Source: Candidatus Eiseniibacteriota bacterium (GTDB lineage Bacteria > Eisenbacteria > RBG-16-71-46 > CAVPCR01). Taken from it: a DNA stretch of 64,000 nucleotides. Location: positions 224,001-288,000 of the forward strand of contig CAVPCR010000003.1 of NCBI GenBank assembly GCA_963702435.1, in the 5' to 3' direction. The position numbers and the translations under genes are program-made. Of this stretch, positions 30,472 to 40,991 are shown piece after piece. Position 1 is the first letter of the stretch. The number at the start of each line of letters is the position of its first letter. Below the pieces are notes generated by a model. It did no database searches. It was given only the letters and a program-made list of their open reading frames with translations, and was not told the origin of the DNA.

Positions 30472-31209
30472 TCAGGCCACCGGGACGCGCGGCTTCCGCA
30501 CCTCGTCGGTCGCCACCCGGCCGTCGATCAGGCGCACGGCGCGGTGGGCGTGCCCGGCGATGTCCTCCTCGTGCGTGACGACGACGATCGTGTTGCCGAG
30601 GGCATGGATGTCGTCGAAAGCGCGCATGATCTCCGCCGAGGTCTTCGAGTCGAGGTTCCCGGTCGGCTCGTCGGCGAGGATCAGGGACGGCTCGTTGACG
30701 AGGGCGCGGGCGATCGCCACGCGCTGCCGCTGGCCGCCGGAGAGCTGCGCCGGGCGATGGTGCATGCGGTCCGTGAGTCCCACCGTCTCGAGCGCGTGCC
30801 ACACGCGCTCCTTGCGCGCGGCCGGCGGCATGCCCGAGTAGATGAGCGGGAGCTCCACGTTGTGGAAGGCGTCGGCGCGCGGCAGCAAGTTGAAGGTCTG
30901 GAAGACGAAGCCGATCTCGCGGTTCCGGATCCGAGCGAGCTCGTCGTCGTTGAGCGCGCGGATCTCGATCCCCTTGAACCGGTAGGAGCCGCCGCTCGGG
31001 GTATCGAGGCACCCGATCACGTTCATCATGGTGGACTTGCCCGAGCCGGAAGGGCCCATGATCGCGACGTACTCGCCGCGGCGGATGACGAGGTCGACGC
31101 CGTTCAGCGCCTTCACCTCCTCCCCGCCCATGGGATAGACCTTGGTCACCTGCTCGAACTCGATCAGCGGCTCGCCGAGGGCGACCGTTCTCTCGCTGTT
31201 GGCCAACAT
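30472..31209 (-). CDS. ABC transporter ATP-binding protein, LolD/MacB/YknY family
   Basis: [62 protein letters not shown]. Confidence 0.93.
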   Translation of the reverse strand: MLANSERTVALGEPLIEFEQVTKVYPMGGEEVKALNGVDLVIRRGEYVAIMGPSGSGKSTMMNVIGCLDTPSGGSYRFKGIEIRALNDDELARIRNREIGFVFQTFNLLPRADAFHNVELPLIYSGMPPAARKERVWHALETVGLTDRMHHRPAQLSGGQRQRVAIARALVNEPSLILADEPTGNLDSKTSAEIMRAFDDIHALGNTIVVVTHEEDIAGHAHRAVRLIDGRVATDEVRKPRVPVA

Positions 31210-31224
31210 CAGGCTATCGCTCCT

Positions 31225-32611
31225 CTACTTGAGCGCCGCCGTCTGCGGCAGCCCCGCGCCGCGCGCCCGCTCGAGACGCGCCTCGGCCGCGAAGAGCGCG
31301 GCCCACGAGTCGACGAGCGCGCTCCGCGCTTCGATCAGGGAGACCTGCGCCTCGTCGAGCTCGAGGATGGTCCCGGAGCCGACCGCGTAGCGTTCCTGCG
31401 CGAGCTTCAGATTCTCTTCGGCCAGCGACACGCCCTCGGTCGCCGCGGCGATCGACTGCGTGGCCTCGCGCACGCCGAGGAGCGACTCCTTGACCTCGAG
31501 CGTGGCGGCGAGTTCGTACTGCTGAAGGCGAGACCGCTCGGCGTTCAGGTTGCCGTGCGCCGACTTGACTTGCCCCTCCGAGAAGAGCCCGTCGAAGACG
31601 TTGATGCTCACGCCGGCTCGCGCCGCTCCAGGAATCGGCGTCGGTCTCCACGTCGACCGCGTGGGGTCCAGCGCGGTCGAGGTCCCGATAGCCCATCCGT
31701 CCGTCGTGCCCCAGTTCAGGTTGCCGAAGAGCTCAGGGTAATGGCTCGCCTTGGCGGCGCCGAGCGATGCCTCGGCAGCCTTCACGCTCTCGCGCGCCGC
31801 GGCAAGGTCGGGGCGCCGGGTGAGCGCCTCGGCGACGACGACCGTCGAGTCGATCGCGGCGCGAGGGCTCGTGTCGATCGCGCGGGAGATCCTGAGCGGG
31901 GTATCGACCGGAAGACTCAGGAGCTGGTTCAGGCGGGCCCGCTCGATCTCGACCCGATTCCGGGCGGCGATCTGGTCGAGCCGCGCCTGCTGCAGATTGA
32001 CGCGGGCCTGGAGGACATCGTTCCGTGCAACAGAACCGAGCTCGAAGAGGGTCTCGGCCCGCCGGAGCTGGTCCTCGGCGAGCGACACCGCTTCATCCCG
32101 CACTTCACTCAGACGCATCGCCTTGAGGAGCTCGTAGAACTGGATGCGGACAGCGAGCGCCACGTCGAGCTTCTGCGCCTCGTTCAAGCCGCGGCCCGCA
32201 CGCTCGCCGGCCTTGGCGCCTTTCACGTTCTGGATGTTCGCCCAGCTGAAGAACATCTGGCTCAGGCTGACCCCGAGCCTCGGCTGTCGTTTTCTGAAAT
32301 TGGAGTCTGGAGCTGACCGCTCTCGGAGCTGATGGGCGCGCCCTCGCTGTAGCGATGGTCATAGCTGGCGTCCGCGCTCACGCTCGGCAGGATGCCCCGG
32401 TACGACTGCCAGACCCGGCCCTGCGCCGCGAGCAGGTTCGCCGCCGCGATCTGGACGTCGTAATTCCGCTCGAGGGCGAGCCTGACCGCCTCCTCCACGG
32501 TGAGCGAGTCGGGAAGAACCGGCACGTCCTGGGCAAGAGCCCCGCCGGCGACGAGAAGGGCGAGAAAGAGGCAGCGATCACGCTAGATGGGCGAGACCGA
32601 GTCATCGACAC
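31225..32611 (-). CDS. TolC family outer-membrane efflux protein; frameshifts near 32270-32320 and about 32540
   Basis: LTVEEAVRLALERNYDV; LFELGSVARNDVLQA; ALTRRPDL; NLKLAQERYAVGSGTILELDEAQ; RBS GGAGG before GTG 32611 / ATG 32605. Confidence 0.85.
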
Positions 32612-32781
32612 GAACCTCCAGGAATCCAATAGACACCCCCCGCGGGGCTTCTCCGCCGCGGGCCATGGGGCGCGCGGCAGAGCCCGCATGGGGCTCCGGC
32701 CGGCCGTTTGGATGTACGGGGGCACCAACTCCCGGGTTTCCGGGCACTCGCGCTCACGCCCGCCCTCCCCTCCGGCCCGGC

Positions 32782-33567
32782 CTAGCCGAGGAGGGCGGTC
32801 GTCACCGTCGCCGAGCCGAGCGCCCACAATAGCCAGATCCCGAGGAGCGTGACCAGCACGGTTTTCAGGCGCAGGCGATGCGCGGAGGCGAGGCCGAGGC
32901 CGATCAGCCCGATCTTCCACAGCGTGAAGACATCGAACTCCTTGAGCACCTCGAAGAGGAAGCTCGGCGGCGCGGTGCGCTCGAGGAGGAGTGCGGGACC
33001 GAAGAAGATTTCGGGCGTCCCCTGCTTGAGCATCGCCGGCAGCTTGACGGCGAGCTCGAGCACGCCGACGAGGAGCGCGTAGCAGACGACCGCCCAGGAT
33101 AGCAGGAAGGTGCCGCCCCCGCCGAGCAGGAAGGCGACGGCGAGGTGGGCGATGAGCGCCATGAGCAGAGCGGCGATCGGCATGCCGAGAGCCGCGCCCG
33201 CGATCCCGATCGCGCGCACCATGGGGCTCCGGATCACCTCCTCGGCCTGCGCCAGATCGGCCCCCGCGAGATCGCTCTGCGCGCGCATCGCTTCGAGCTG
33301 AGCCGGGAGGATCACGCGCTCGTAGCCGAAGCCGACGAGCGCCACGCTCGCGAGCGTCAGGATGAGGAGCGGCTGCCACCAGGTGCGGGGAACCCGCTCC
33401 ACCGCGGCGAAGCACGCGGGCGGCGCGACGAAGAGGTCGATCGCCCGGCGGAGGAACCCGCCTCCGGACGGGGCAGCTGGAGGACCGCCCGGCCCGCCTG
33501 CGCCCTGGTCCGTCCTGCGATCGAGCTCTGGGTCCATCCTCTCGCTCATGGGATCCTCCTCGTCCAT
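32782..33567 (-). CDS. Yip1 domain membrane protein (YknW-like)
   Basis: LFVAPPACF...WWQPLL, five hydrophobic segments, FDVFTLW...GL; lies upstream of tolC and the ABC ATPase. Start may be a downstream ATG. Confidence 0.75.
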   Translation of the reverse strand: MDEEDPMSERMDPELDRRTDQGAGGPGGPPAAPSGGGFLRRAIDLFVAPPACFAAVERVPRTWWQPLLILTLASVALVGFGYERVILPAQLEAMRAQSDLAGADLAQAEEVIRSPMVRAIGIAGAALGMPIAALLMALIAHLAVAFLLGGGGTFLLSWAVVCYALLVGVLELAVKLPAMLKQGTPEIFFGPALLLERTAPPSFLFEVLKEFDVFTLWKIGLIGLGLASAHRLRLKTVLVTLLGIWLLWALGSATVTTALLG

Positions 33568-33571
33568 TCCC

Positions 33572-34231
33572 CTAGCGCGGCTTGAGCACGAAACGGAACG
33601 GGATCACGATGCGCGCCTTCACCGGCACGTCCCGTTGCTTCGCCGGCTTGAACCGCGACGCGCGCGCCGCCTTGAGCGCCGCCTGCTCGAGCGCCTCGAT
33701 CGTCGTCGACTCGACCACCACCGCCTCGATGACCTTCCCCGTCTCGTCCACCGTCACCTGCACGAGCACCGTTCCCTGCGCGTGCAGATCACGGGCGATC
33801 TCCGGATAGTCCGGCTCGGCCACCTCGACGCGCTTCGGCGGCGTGTCGAAGGCCACGAACGACTCGGCCGGCGGCGGCACCACCACCGCGGCGGGCGGGG
33901 CGAACAGATCGAGCGTGGTCGGCGGCAGGGTCACGGTCGGCGCTTCCGGGTCCGGGCTCACCTCCGGCTCGACGGGTATCTCCGGGATCTCCGGCCGCTC
34001 CACCTCCGGGGGCGGCGGCGGGATGTCGATCTCGTCGGGGATCTCGATCAGCTGGACGCTCTCATCTACGTACTGGTAGGGATGCGAGGCCGGTCCCTGG
34101 CCGAAGAGGATGTAGAGGAGATGGATCGCGGTCGAGATGACGAGGCAGTAGGCGCAGTAGCGGATGTAGCGCTCGTTGAGCCTGGTGAAGGCCGCTTCGG
34201 CGCGCCCCGTCCGGTGAGGGGCGTGGTCCAT
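33572..34231 (-). CDS. tonB: Energy transducer TonB
   Basis: N-terminal TM with SxxxH (ISTAIH), Pro/Glu-rich linker, C-terminal YPEIA...GTVLVQVTVDETGKV...FKPA...IPFRF. Confidence 0.88.
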   Translation of the reverse strand: MDHAPHRTGRAEAAFTRLNERYIRYCAYCLVISTAIHLLYILFGQGPASHPYQYVDESVQLIEIPDEIDIPPPPPEVERPEIPEIPVEPEVSPDPEAPTVTLPPTTLDLFAPPAAVVVPPPAESFVAFDTPPKRVEVAEPDYPEIARDLHAQGTVLVQVTVDETGKVIEAVVVESTTIEALEQAALKAARASRFKPAKQRDVPVKARIVIPFRFVLKPR

Positions 34232-34238
34232 GGCGCCC

Positions 34239-34646
34239 CTACTCGCTCTCCGGCTCGGTGGTGAAGGAGACCGGCAGGACTCCGGCCGCCTTCAGGGCGT
34301 CGATGGCCTCTCCCATGAGCCGGTACGGAGCATTGCGATCGCAGTTGAGACCGACGATGAGATTGGGATTGCGCTGCACCTTGCCCCGGAGGACGGGCAC
34401 GAGATCCGCCATGGCGATCCGCCGGTCGTCCACGGATACGGTGCCGGCGGCGTCGATCCACACATGCGTCATGCGCTCGCGCGGCACGCTCTCCCCCATC
34501 TCCGCCCGCGGCAGCGTGATGCGGAGCCCCTCCTCGAGCCGGAAGATGGTGGTGGACATGAAGAAGATGAACAGGAGGAAGGCGATGTCGGCCATCGAGA
34601 CCGTCGGGATGAGCGTTTGGACGGGGACGGTGCGATTGAACCTCAT
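34239..34646 (-). CDS. exbD: Biopolymer transport protein ExbD/TolR
   Basis: SMADIAFLLFIFFMSTT TM with conserved Asp; CDRNAPY. Confidence 0.9.
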   Translation of the reverse strand: MRFNRTVPVQTLIPTVSMADIAFLLFIFFMSTTIFRLEEGLRITLPRAEMGESVPRERMTHVWIDAAGTVSVDDRRIAMADLVPVLRGKVQRNPNLIVGLNCDRNAPYRLMGEAIDALKAAGVLPVSFTTEPESE

Positions 34647-35056
34647 GGCCCGTCTCCGGCCGCGGTCTTGATCGAGATGCGCGGCGCCTCCGCCTCCTTC
34701 ACCTCGTCGAGAACCCGGATCATGGTCTGGTAGCGGGCGTCGGGATGCGTCTCGATCGAGACGACCAGCTTGTCGTTGGTGCGGAGACGCTCGCGCACGA
34801 TGTCGCTCAGCATCGAGAGATCGTCCACCGGCGTGTCGTCGGCGGAGACCAGGCTCCGGGCGTCCGTGCTCAGGACGAGCACGTCCTTCCGGTTCACCTG
34901 CTTCTTGGGCCCGCCGCGCGGCGGCAGGATGAGGGTGAGACCCTGCTCCAGGCTGAAGACGGTGCTCGAGATGAAGAAGATGAGGAGCAGGAAGGCGATG
35001 TCGGCCATCGAGGCCGAAGGGATCTCGGTCGCGACGCCGGGCCGCCTGAACTTCAT
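34643..35056 (-). CDS. exbD: Biopolymer transport protein ExbD/TolR
   Basis: EIPSASMADIAFLLLIFF; HPDARYQTMIRVLDEV; ATGA overlap with the next exbD. Confidence 0.9.
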   Translation of the reverse strand: MKFRRPGVATEIPSASMADIAFLLLIFFISSTVFSLEQGLTLILPPRGGPKKQVNRKDVLVLSTDARSLVSADDTPVDDLSMLSDIVRERLRTNDKLVVSIETHPDARYQTMIRVLDEVKEAEAPRISIKTAAGDGP

Positions 35057-35072
35057 CGCCTACTCCGAGGTC

Positions 35073-36010
35073 CTAGGACCGCGTCGCCCCCGGCTGTCCC
35101 TGCTGCCGCTGGTGCTCGAGGTCGACCAGGGTGTCCACCACCTCGACCGACGAGGCTTCCATCTCGGTGATGAACTTGTCGATCTTGGTGATGAACCAGT
35201 TGTAGGCCGTCTGCACCGGGATCGCGATGCAGAGTCCGGCCTCGGTGGTGATGAGCGCCTCCGAGATGCCGTTGGCGACCACCTTGGCGCTCACCTGATC
35301 CGCCGCGGCGATGGCATCGAAGGCATTGATCATGCCCGACACGGTGCCGAGGAAGCCGAGGAGCGGCGCGATCACGGTGATCGAGGCGAGCCAGATGAGC
35401 GAGCGCTGCAGGTACGCCATCTCGATCACGCCGGCGGACTCGATGGCCTTGGTCACGGCGTCCGGCCCCTTGTCGGCACGCATGAGCCCCGAGTGGAGGA
35501 CGGCGGCGATCGGTCCCGGCGTGCGGGTGCAGACCTCGATCGCGCCGTCCACGCCGCGGTCGCGGAGCGAGGACAGCAGGCGATCGATGAAGTTGCGGGT
35601 GTTGATGCGGGCGCGGGAGAGCGTGTACCAGCGCTCGAGGATGAGCGCGACGCCGATGATCGAGCAGGCGAGGAGCGGCCACATGAAGATGCCGCCCTTC
35701 ACGAACCAGTCGACCATGGCGGTGCGCACACCGCCGGTCGCCGGCCGGGCCACGGCCCCCGCCGCGGGGTCCCCCGCTGCGCTCGGCGCCACGCGTTCCG
35801 GGGCGGCGGCCGCCGGCGGCGCCGAATCCGCCGCGGGTGCGGCGGACCCGAGCGAGTCCTGCGACTCCTGCAAGTCCGCGACTCCTGCGCCAGGGCGCTT
35901 CGCGCTCCGCCCGCTGCGAGGACCAGAGCCATGAGCAGTGCGAGGAGCAGAGCGAATGACAGGATCCCGGCGGCCGCGGCCGGCCGCTGTCGATTCTCCC
36001 TCGTCAGCAT
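35073..36010 (-). CDS. exbB: MotA/TolQ/ExbB proton-channel protein with N-terminal signal-like extension; frameshift near 35875
   Basis: GGIFMWPLL, APLLGFLGTVSGMI, GISEALITT. ATG 36010 follows GGGGAGG and gives MLTRENRQR...ILSFALLLALLMALVLAAGGARSALAQ in a shifted frame. Confidence 0.85.
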
Positions 36011-36064
36011 CGCGCTCGACACCTCCCCGACGTGGACACCGGACGCCGTCCACCGTGGGCGGCC

Positions 36065-36093
36065 ATTGTTTCGAGGCCGGCCGGGACTGTCAA
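36065..36093 (-). promoter_or_regulatory. Putative sigma70 promoter of the exbB-exbD-exbD-tonB-Yip1 run
   Basis: TTGACA-17nt-AACAAT on the minus strand, about 55 nt upstream of ATG 36010. Confidence 0.55.
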
Positions 36094-36154
36094 CTGGCTT
36101 CCTTCTCCGGGCGCTCACCTCGGTCGAGCTCCCCGGCGCTCCCACCGGCGTTGC

Positions 36155-37444
36155 CTAGGGCGTCAGGCGCTCGATGGTCCGCGGGAACGGAATCGCCTCT
36201 CGGATGTGGTGGATCCCGGCGATCCAGCCCACCGTGCGCTCGATCCCCAGCCCGTATCCGGCATGCGGCACGGTCCCGTAGCGACGGAGATCGAGATACC
36301 ACTCGAAGGCCTCGCGCGGCAGGCCGTGCTCGGCGAGCCGTTGCTCGAGGAGCGCGAGATCGCTGATGCGCTCGCCGCCGCCCACGATCTCGCCGTAGCC
36401 CTCCGGGGCGAGGAGATCCGCCGACAGCGAGAGCCGCGGATCGGCCGGATCGGGCTGCATGTAGAACGCCTTCACCGCGGCCGGGAACCGATGCACGAAG
36501 ACCGGCCGGTCGTAGTCGGCGACCAGCGCCTCCTCGTCGGGCGCGCCGAAGTCGCCGCCCCAGGCGAAATCGCGTCCTTTCGCCTTGAGCCGTGCCACCG
36601 CATCATCGTAGTGGAGCCGCGGGAACGGCGAGCGCACGCGCTCGAGCGGCGCCGTGTCGCGCTCGAGCACCTCGAGCTCGGCGCGCCGGCGCTCAAGCAC
36701 CCGCTCGACGATGAAGACGACCATGGCCTCGGCGATCTGCATGGCGTCCTCGAGCCGCGCAAACGCCATTTCCGGCTCGACCATCCAGAACTCGGTCAAG
36801 TGGCGCCGCGTCTTCGACTTCTCGGCGCGGAAGACCGGCCCGAAGCTGTACACGCGGCCGAAGGACATGGCGGTCGCCTCGTTGTAGAGCTGGCCGGACT
36901 GCGTGAGGTAGGCCTTCTCGCCGAAGTACGGCACCTCGAACAGGGTCGTCGTACCCTCGCACGCCGCCGGCGTGAACATCGGCGTGTCCACCAGCACGAA
37001 ATCGCGGTCGTCGAGGAAATCCCGGCACGCGCGCACCACCTCGCTCCGGATGCGGAGCAGCGCGTGCTGCATCGCCGAGCGGATCCAGAGGTGGCGGATC
37101 GGCAGCAGGAACTCGATCGAATGGTCCTTCTTGCTGATCGGGTATTCCGCGGCCAGGGCGAGGATCTCGACGTCGGTGACGGCGATCTCGTGGCCACCGG
37201 GAGCACGCGCGTCCGCGCGCACCGTACCGGTGAGGCGGATCGCCGACTCCGGCGTCATCTCGCCGCACGCCGCGAAGGCCGGATCGGACACCGCGCCCTT
37301 GGCGACGACACACTGGATGGTCCCCGAGCCGTCGCGAAGCTCGATGAAGTAGAGCTTCCCGGAGTGGCGCCGGTTGTAGAGCCAGCCCTTGAGCTCGACC
37401 TCGGCACCCACGTGGCGCCCGACCTCGGCCACACGCGCCGGCAT
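36155..37444 (-). CDS. asnS: Asparagine--tRNA ligase
   Basis: OB-fold KGWLYNRR...[75 protein letters not shown]. Confidence 0.96.
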   Translation of the reverse strand: MPARVAEVGRHVGAEVELKGWLYNRRHSGKLYFIELRDGSGTIQCVVAKGAVSDPAFAACGEMTPESAIRLTGTVRADARAPGGHEIAVTDVEILALAAEYPISKKDHSIEFLLPIRHLWIRSAMQHALLRIRSEVVRACRDFLDDRDFVLVDTPMFTPAACEGTTTLFEVPYFGEKAYLTQSGQLYNEATAMSFGRVYSFGPVFRAEKSKTRRHLTEFWMVEPEMAFARLEDAMQIAEAMVVFIVERVLERRRAELEVLERDTAPLERVRSPFPRLHYDDAVARLKAKGRDFAWGGDFGAPDEEALVADYDRPVFVHRFPAAVKAFYMQPDPADPRLSLSADLLAPEGYGEIVGGGERISDLALLEQRLAEHGLPREAFEWYLDLRRYGTVPHAGYGLGIERTVGWIAGIHHIREAIPFPRTIERLTP

Positions 37445-37544
37445 GGGGCGGCTCTCCGAATCCAACGCTCTTCACCTCCCGGCCCTCGACCGCGCGCGGC
37501 GTGCGGCCCGGGCCGCCTCTCGCCTTGAGACAAATTGAAGCGCC

Positions 37545-37573
37545 ACGCTAGCAAACGCTTGCCAGGAGGTCAA
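37545..37573 (-). promoter_or_regulatory. Putative sigma70 promoter of asnS
   Basis: TTGACC-17nt-TAGCGT on the minus strand, in an AT-richer intergenic patch. Confidence 0.5.
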
Positions 37574-37727
37574 TTCGGCCGCCTGGGCGGGGCCTGCCGA
37601 CCGCGCGCCCGGCAGCATGCTCTTCCGCGGGTGTGACCTCCTTCCGGGCGCCGCGGGGCCGGGCGGTGGGCCTTCCGGCTCCAGAACCCCCCGCCCACGG
37701 ACGATAAGACCCGGGAAGGGATCCACC

Positions 37728-39662
37728 ATGCTGCTCCGGTCGCGCCCCAGGAATTGGGCGCTCCTCTTCATCGCTCTCGCGATCGCCGGCGTGCTCGGCG
37801 CTGCGGCCTGGTGTCCGGCGCCGGCGGCAGCGGAGCCAGAGCCGACCGGCGCGTCATCGGTGACGCCCGTCCCCGCCGACCTTCCCCCGCTCGCCCTCGA
37901 TCCCTACCGCGAGCTCCTCCGCGCCCGGGACAGCTGGCAGCGCGGCGACGAGGAGGAGGCCCGCGCCGCGCTCGAGCGCGCCCGCACCATCGACCGCGGC
38001 CTCATCGAACCCGACCTCGCTGCAGCGACCTACGAGCTGCCCTGGGCCACGAGCGCCGCGGGCGAACATCTCCTCGGGGCCTATGCGACCCTCGAGTCGC
38101 GCTTCGCGCTCCAGTCGCAGTCCCTGGCCGGCATCGCCTGGGGGAGCCTCGCCATCCTGGCCGCGGCCATCACGCTCCTCGCCGCGGCCCACGCCTCGAT
38201 CGCGGCGCGCCCGCTCCACCATCTCCTCGCCGAGCGCTTCGCGCCCGCGCTCACGCCGCGGCTGGCCGCGGTGGCCGCCGGACTCCTCCTCGTCCTGCCG
38301 CTGGTCTGGGGCGCCGGCCCGCTGGCCACGGCGCTCGCCGTCCTCGTCCTCGCGGCGCCGCCCCGCACCCGGCGCCACCTCGTGCTCGCGGGCGCCGGCG
38401 CCGCACTCATCCTCGGCCTCGGGCTCGCCCCGTACCTCGCGCCGGGCGTGCTGACTCCCGCCGATTTCGACGACGTGGCGCAGGTTCTTGATGCGGCCGA
38501 CCACGCCCCGCTCACGCCCGCCCTCGCCGCGCGCCTCGAGGCGGCGGCCGACCGCGGCATCGACCAGGCCCTCCTCGTCCATGCCGGGGCGCTGGCCCGC
38601 GCCGGGCGTCGCGCCGAGGCCGCACCGCTCCTCGCCCGCTACATGGAGCGGCAGCCCGCCGACCCGCGCGGCCCGCTCGCCGTCGGCAACCTCCTGCTCG
38701 CGGCCGGTGACCCGCGCAACGCGGTCGGCCGCTACCGCCAGGCCGCGGCCCTCGACTCGACGAACGCTGCACCTCTCGTCAACATGGCCCTCGCCTACTC
38801 GCAGGTCATGCAGTTCGAGATGGCGAACGAGGCGCTCGCCGCCGCCGGCCGCATCGACCCGGCGACCGTGGCCGCCATCTCGGGCGCGCGCACGCCGGGA
38901 GCGGCCGCCCCGCTCCCACCGCGACTCGACCCGGACGAACTGTGGGCGCTGTTCCGCGCCGAGCGCCCGCGCCGGGGCGCGGAACCGCCGCTCTGCGTGC
39001 GCATGTGGCTGCCCTGGCGCGGCGGCCCGCCGTGGCCGCTCGGCCTGTTCCTGATCGGCGCCGCCTGGTGGGCGCGCCGCGCGCTCGGCCGGAAGCCATT
39101 GCCCGGCCCGTGCGCGGGCTGCGGGCACATGGTCTGCCCGCAATGCATGGCCCATCGCCCCGGTCTCACCCTCTGCCGGGCTTGCCAGTCCAGGATCGGA
39201 GATCTGCCGGCCGAGCAGGCCCTCAAGCAGCTCCTCGCCGCGGAACGCGCGCGCCGCCGCGGGCGCGAGCGTTTCGCGCGCATCGCCTGGAATCTCGTCG
39301 TCCCGGGACATGGCCTGGTAGCGGCCGGCCGGCCCTTCGCGGCCGCGATCGCGCTCACCCTGGTCGCGGTGGCGGGAGTCGCCTTCATGACCGGCGGCCA
39401 TCCCGTCGTCCCGCTGCCCGCCGCGCCGGCGAGCCGGGGCGGACTCGTCGGACCGCAGTCCTTCGGGCTGCTCCTGCTCGCAACGCTCGCCCTGACCGCA
39501 GTCATCGGCATCACGTCGCGGCCGAGCCTCGGCCGCGCCACGCGCGGCAAGCTCGTGCCGCTCGAACAGGAGCGCCTGCGCCGGCAGGCGGCGGTCGCCG
39601 CTTCGCGTCCCGTCGAAACGGCGCCCGAACGCATCGAATGGCGGACGGGAACCGATGGCTGA
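37728..39662 (+). CDS. Multi-TM tetratricopeptide-repeat protein with Cys-rich zinc-ribbon-like motif
   Basis: Signal/TM segments; TPRs (GNLLLAAGDPRNAVGRYRQAAALD, NMALAY); CAGCGHMVCPQC...LCRAC; further C-terminal TMs. Confidence 0.7.
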   Translation: MLLRSRPRNWALLFIALAIAGVLGAAAWCPAPAAAEPEPTGASSVTPVPADLPPLALDPYRELLRARDSWQRGDEEEARAALERARTIDRGLIEPDLAAATYELPWATSAAGEHLLGAYATLESRFALQSQSLAGIAWGSLAILAAAITLLAAAHASIAARPLHHLLAERFAPALTPRLAAVAAGLLLVLPLVWGAGPLATALAVLVLAAPPRTRRHLVLAGAGAALILGLGLAPYLAPGVLTPADFDDVAQVLDAADHAPLTPALAARLEAAADRGIDQALLVHAGALARAGRRAEAAPLLARYMERQPADPRGPLAVGNLLLAAGDPRNAVGRYRQAAALDSTNAAPLVNMALAYSQVMQFEMANEALAAAGRIDPATVAAISGARTPGAAAPLPPRLDPDELWALFRAERPRRGAEPPLCVRMWLPWRGGPPWPLGLFLIGAAWWARRALGRKPLPGPCAGCGHMVCPQCMAHRPGLTLCRACQSRIGDLPAEQALKQLLAAERARRRGRERFARIAWNLVVPGHGLVAAGRPFAAAIALTLVAVAGVAFMTGGHPVVPLPAAPASRGGLVGPQSFGLLLLATLALTAVIGITSRPSLGRATRGKLVPLEQERLRRQAAVAASRPVETAPERIEWRTGTDG

Positions 39663-39683
39663 TCGCGCACTGGTGGACAAGAC

Positions 39684-40898
39684 ATGGCGCTGACCGGAAA
39701 CATCGCCGACTGGAGTCTGGCCGATCTGCTGCAGATCATCGCGGCGGAGCGCAAGTCGGGCACGCTCACGCTCCAGCGCGAGGACGATGAGGTCCACCTC
39801 GACTTCACCGCCGGCCTCCTCGTCGGCGCCAGCGAGCACCGCACGCGTGCCGCGGAGGCGGACAGCAAGCGCCAGAGCGCGCGCCTCCTCACCGGCCGCC
39901 GCGGCGCGGCGGCGCTCGGCGCGGAGAGCCCCGGCGGCTTCCTCGCCTTCCTCGTCACGAGCGGTCGCGTGCGCCCGGAGCAGGCGCGGGCCGTGATCCT
40001 CCTCGCCCACGAGACGAGCGCGGACACGGTGAGCGCGCTCCTCAAGGGCGAGCTCATGACGCACGAGGCGCTCGAAGAGGCCATGACCGCCTACGCCCAG
40101 GACCTCTTCACGCGCGTCCTGACCTGGGAGTCCGGCGATTACACCTTCGCCGCCGCGGCGCGGGCCGAGCGGGCCCGCGGCGCCGCGAGACCGGGCACGC
40201 GGGCCGACCGACCCGGCGGCGCACAGCCGTCGCGCCCGACAACGACCGCCGGCGCGGCCGGCACCGTGGCGCTCAATACCGACGGCCTCCTCCTCGAGGG
40301 CATGCGGCGGATCGACGAGCAACCGCGCATCGCCGCCGTCGTGCAGCCGGAGACCGTCTTCACGCGCGCCGAGGGGGATCGGCCGATCCCGGCGGATCTC
40401 GGTCGCCGCGAGGCAAAGCTCCTCGCCCTCGTCGACGGCCGGCGCGACACGCGCTCCCTCGCCCCGCTCGCTCAGCTCGGCGAGTACGAGGCGGCCGAGG
40501 CGCTCTACAACCTGCATCAGGGCGGTTTCATCGTCGCGCGCGACGGCGACAATCGGGCCGCCATCGTGCCGCGCACCCTGCTCCCGGCCGAGCGCCCGCA
40601 CGCCTCCTTCCTGCAGGTGGTCGCGCTCGCCATGGTGCTGGCCGTCTCGCTCGCCTTCCGCCTGGGCGGGGCGAGCCTGTTCCTCCCGGGGATGGGTTCC
40701 GCCACCGTCGCCGCGCCGCTTCCGGCGCGCGAGGAGTCCGCCCTCCGCTTCGCCGAGGCGCTCTTCGTGTCGCACCACGGCCGCCCGGCGACGAGCGCCG
40801 AGGAGCTCGTGCGGGCGGGACTGCTCCCCGGCGGTTTCGGGCGCTGGGATGGCGCCGTGCCGGCGCCGGCCGCATCGCCACCGCCACCCGCGCCCTGA
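39684..40898 (+). CDS. DUF4388 (PATAN-like) domain protein with C-terminal TM
   Basis: MALTGNIADWSLADLLQII...KSGTL; LTWESGDYTF; LLLEGMRRIDE; LVDGRR winged-helix-like segment. Confidence 0.8.
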   Translation: MALTGNIADWSLADLLQIIAAERKSGTLTLQREDDEVHLDFTAGLLVGASEHRTRAAEADSKRQSARLLTGRRGAAALGAESPGGFLAFLVTSGRVRPEQARAVILLAHETSADTVSALLKGELMTHEALEEAMTAYAQDLFTRVLTWESGDYTFAAAARAERARGAARPGTRADRPGGAQPSRPTTTAGAAGTVALNTDGLLLEGMRRIDEQPRIAAVVQPETVFTRAEGDRPIPADLGRREAKLLALVDGRRDTRSLAPLAQLGEYEAAEALYNLHQGGFIVARDGDNRAAIVPRTLLPAERPHASFLQVVALAMVLAVSLAFRLGGASLFLPGMGSATVAAPLPAREESALRFAEALFVSHHGRPATSAEELVRAGLLPGGFGRWDGAVPAPAASPPPPAP

Positions 40899-40923
40899 CG
40901 GCGCGTCGCTCCCTGACCGGGCT

Positions 40924-40960
40924 GCTCCCGGGGCCGCTCCCGGGGCCGCTCCCGGGGCCG
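40924..40960. repeat. 12-bp tandem repeat (GCTCCCGGGGCC x3) between convergent genes
   Basis: Read directly; flanked by two copies of CTCCCTGACCGGGC. Confidence 0.7.
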
Positions 40961-40991
40961 CGCTACTCCCTGACCGGGCCGCTCCCGCCCG

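Noticed and set aside
14340..32600. Pseudogenes, or programmed or phase-variable frameshifting, in proteins 5 and 7, uvrA and tolC
   Set aside because: Too many indels, spread over unrelated genes in one block, with no long homopolymer or slippery tracts; sequencing error is more parsimonious.
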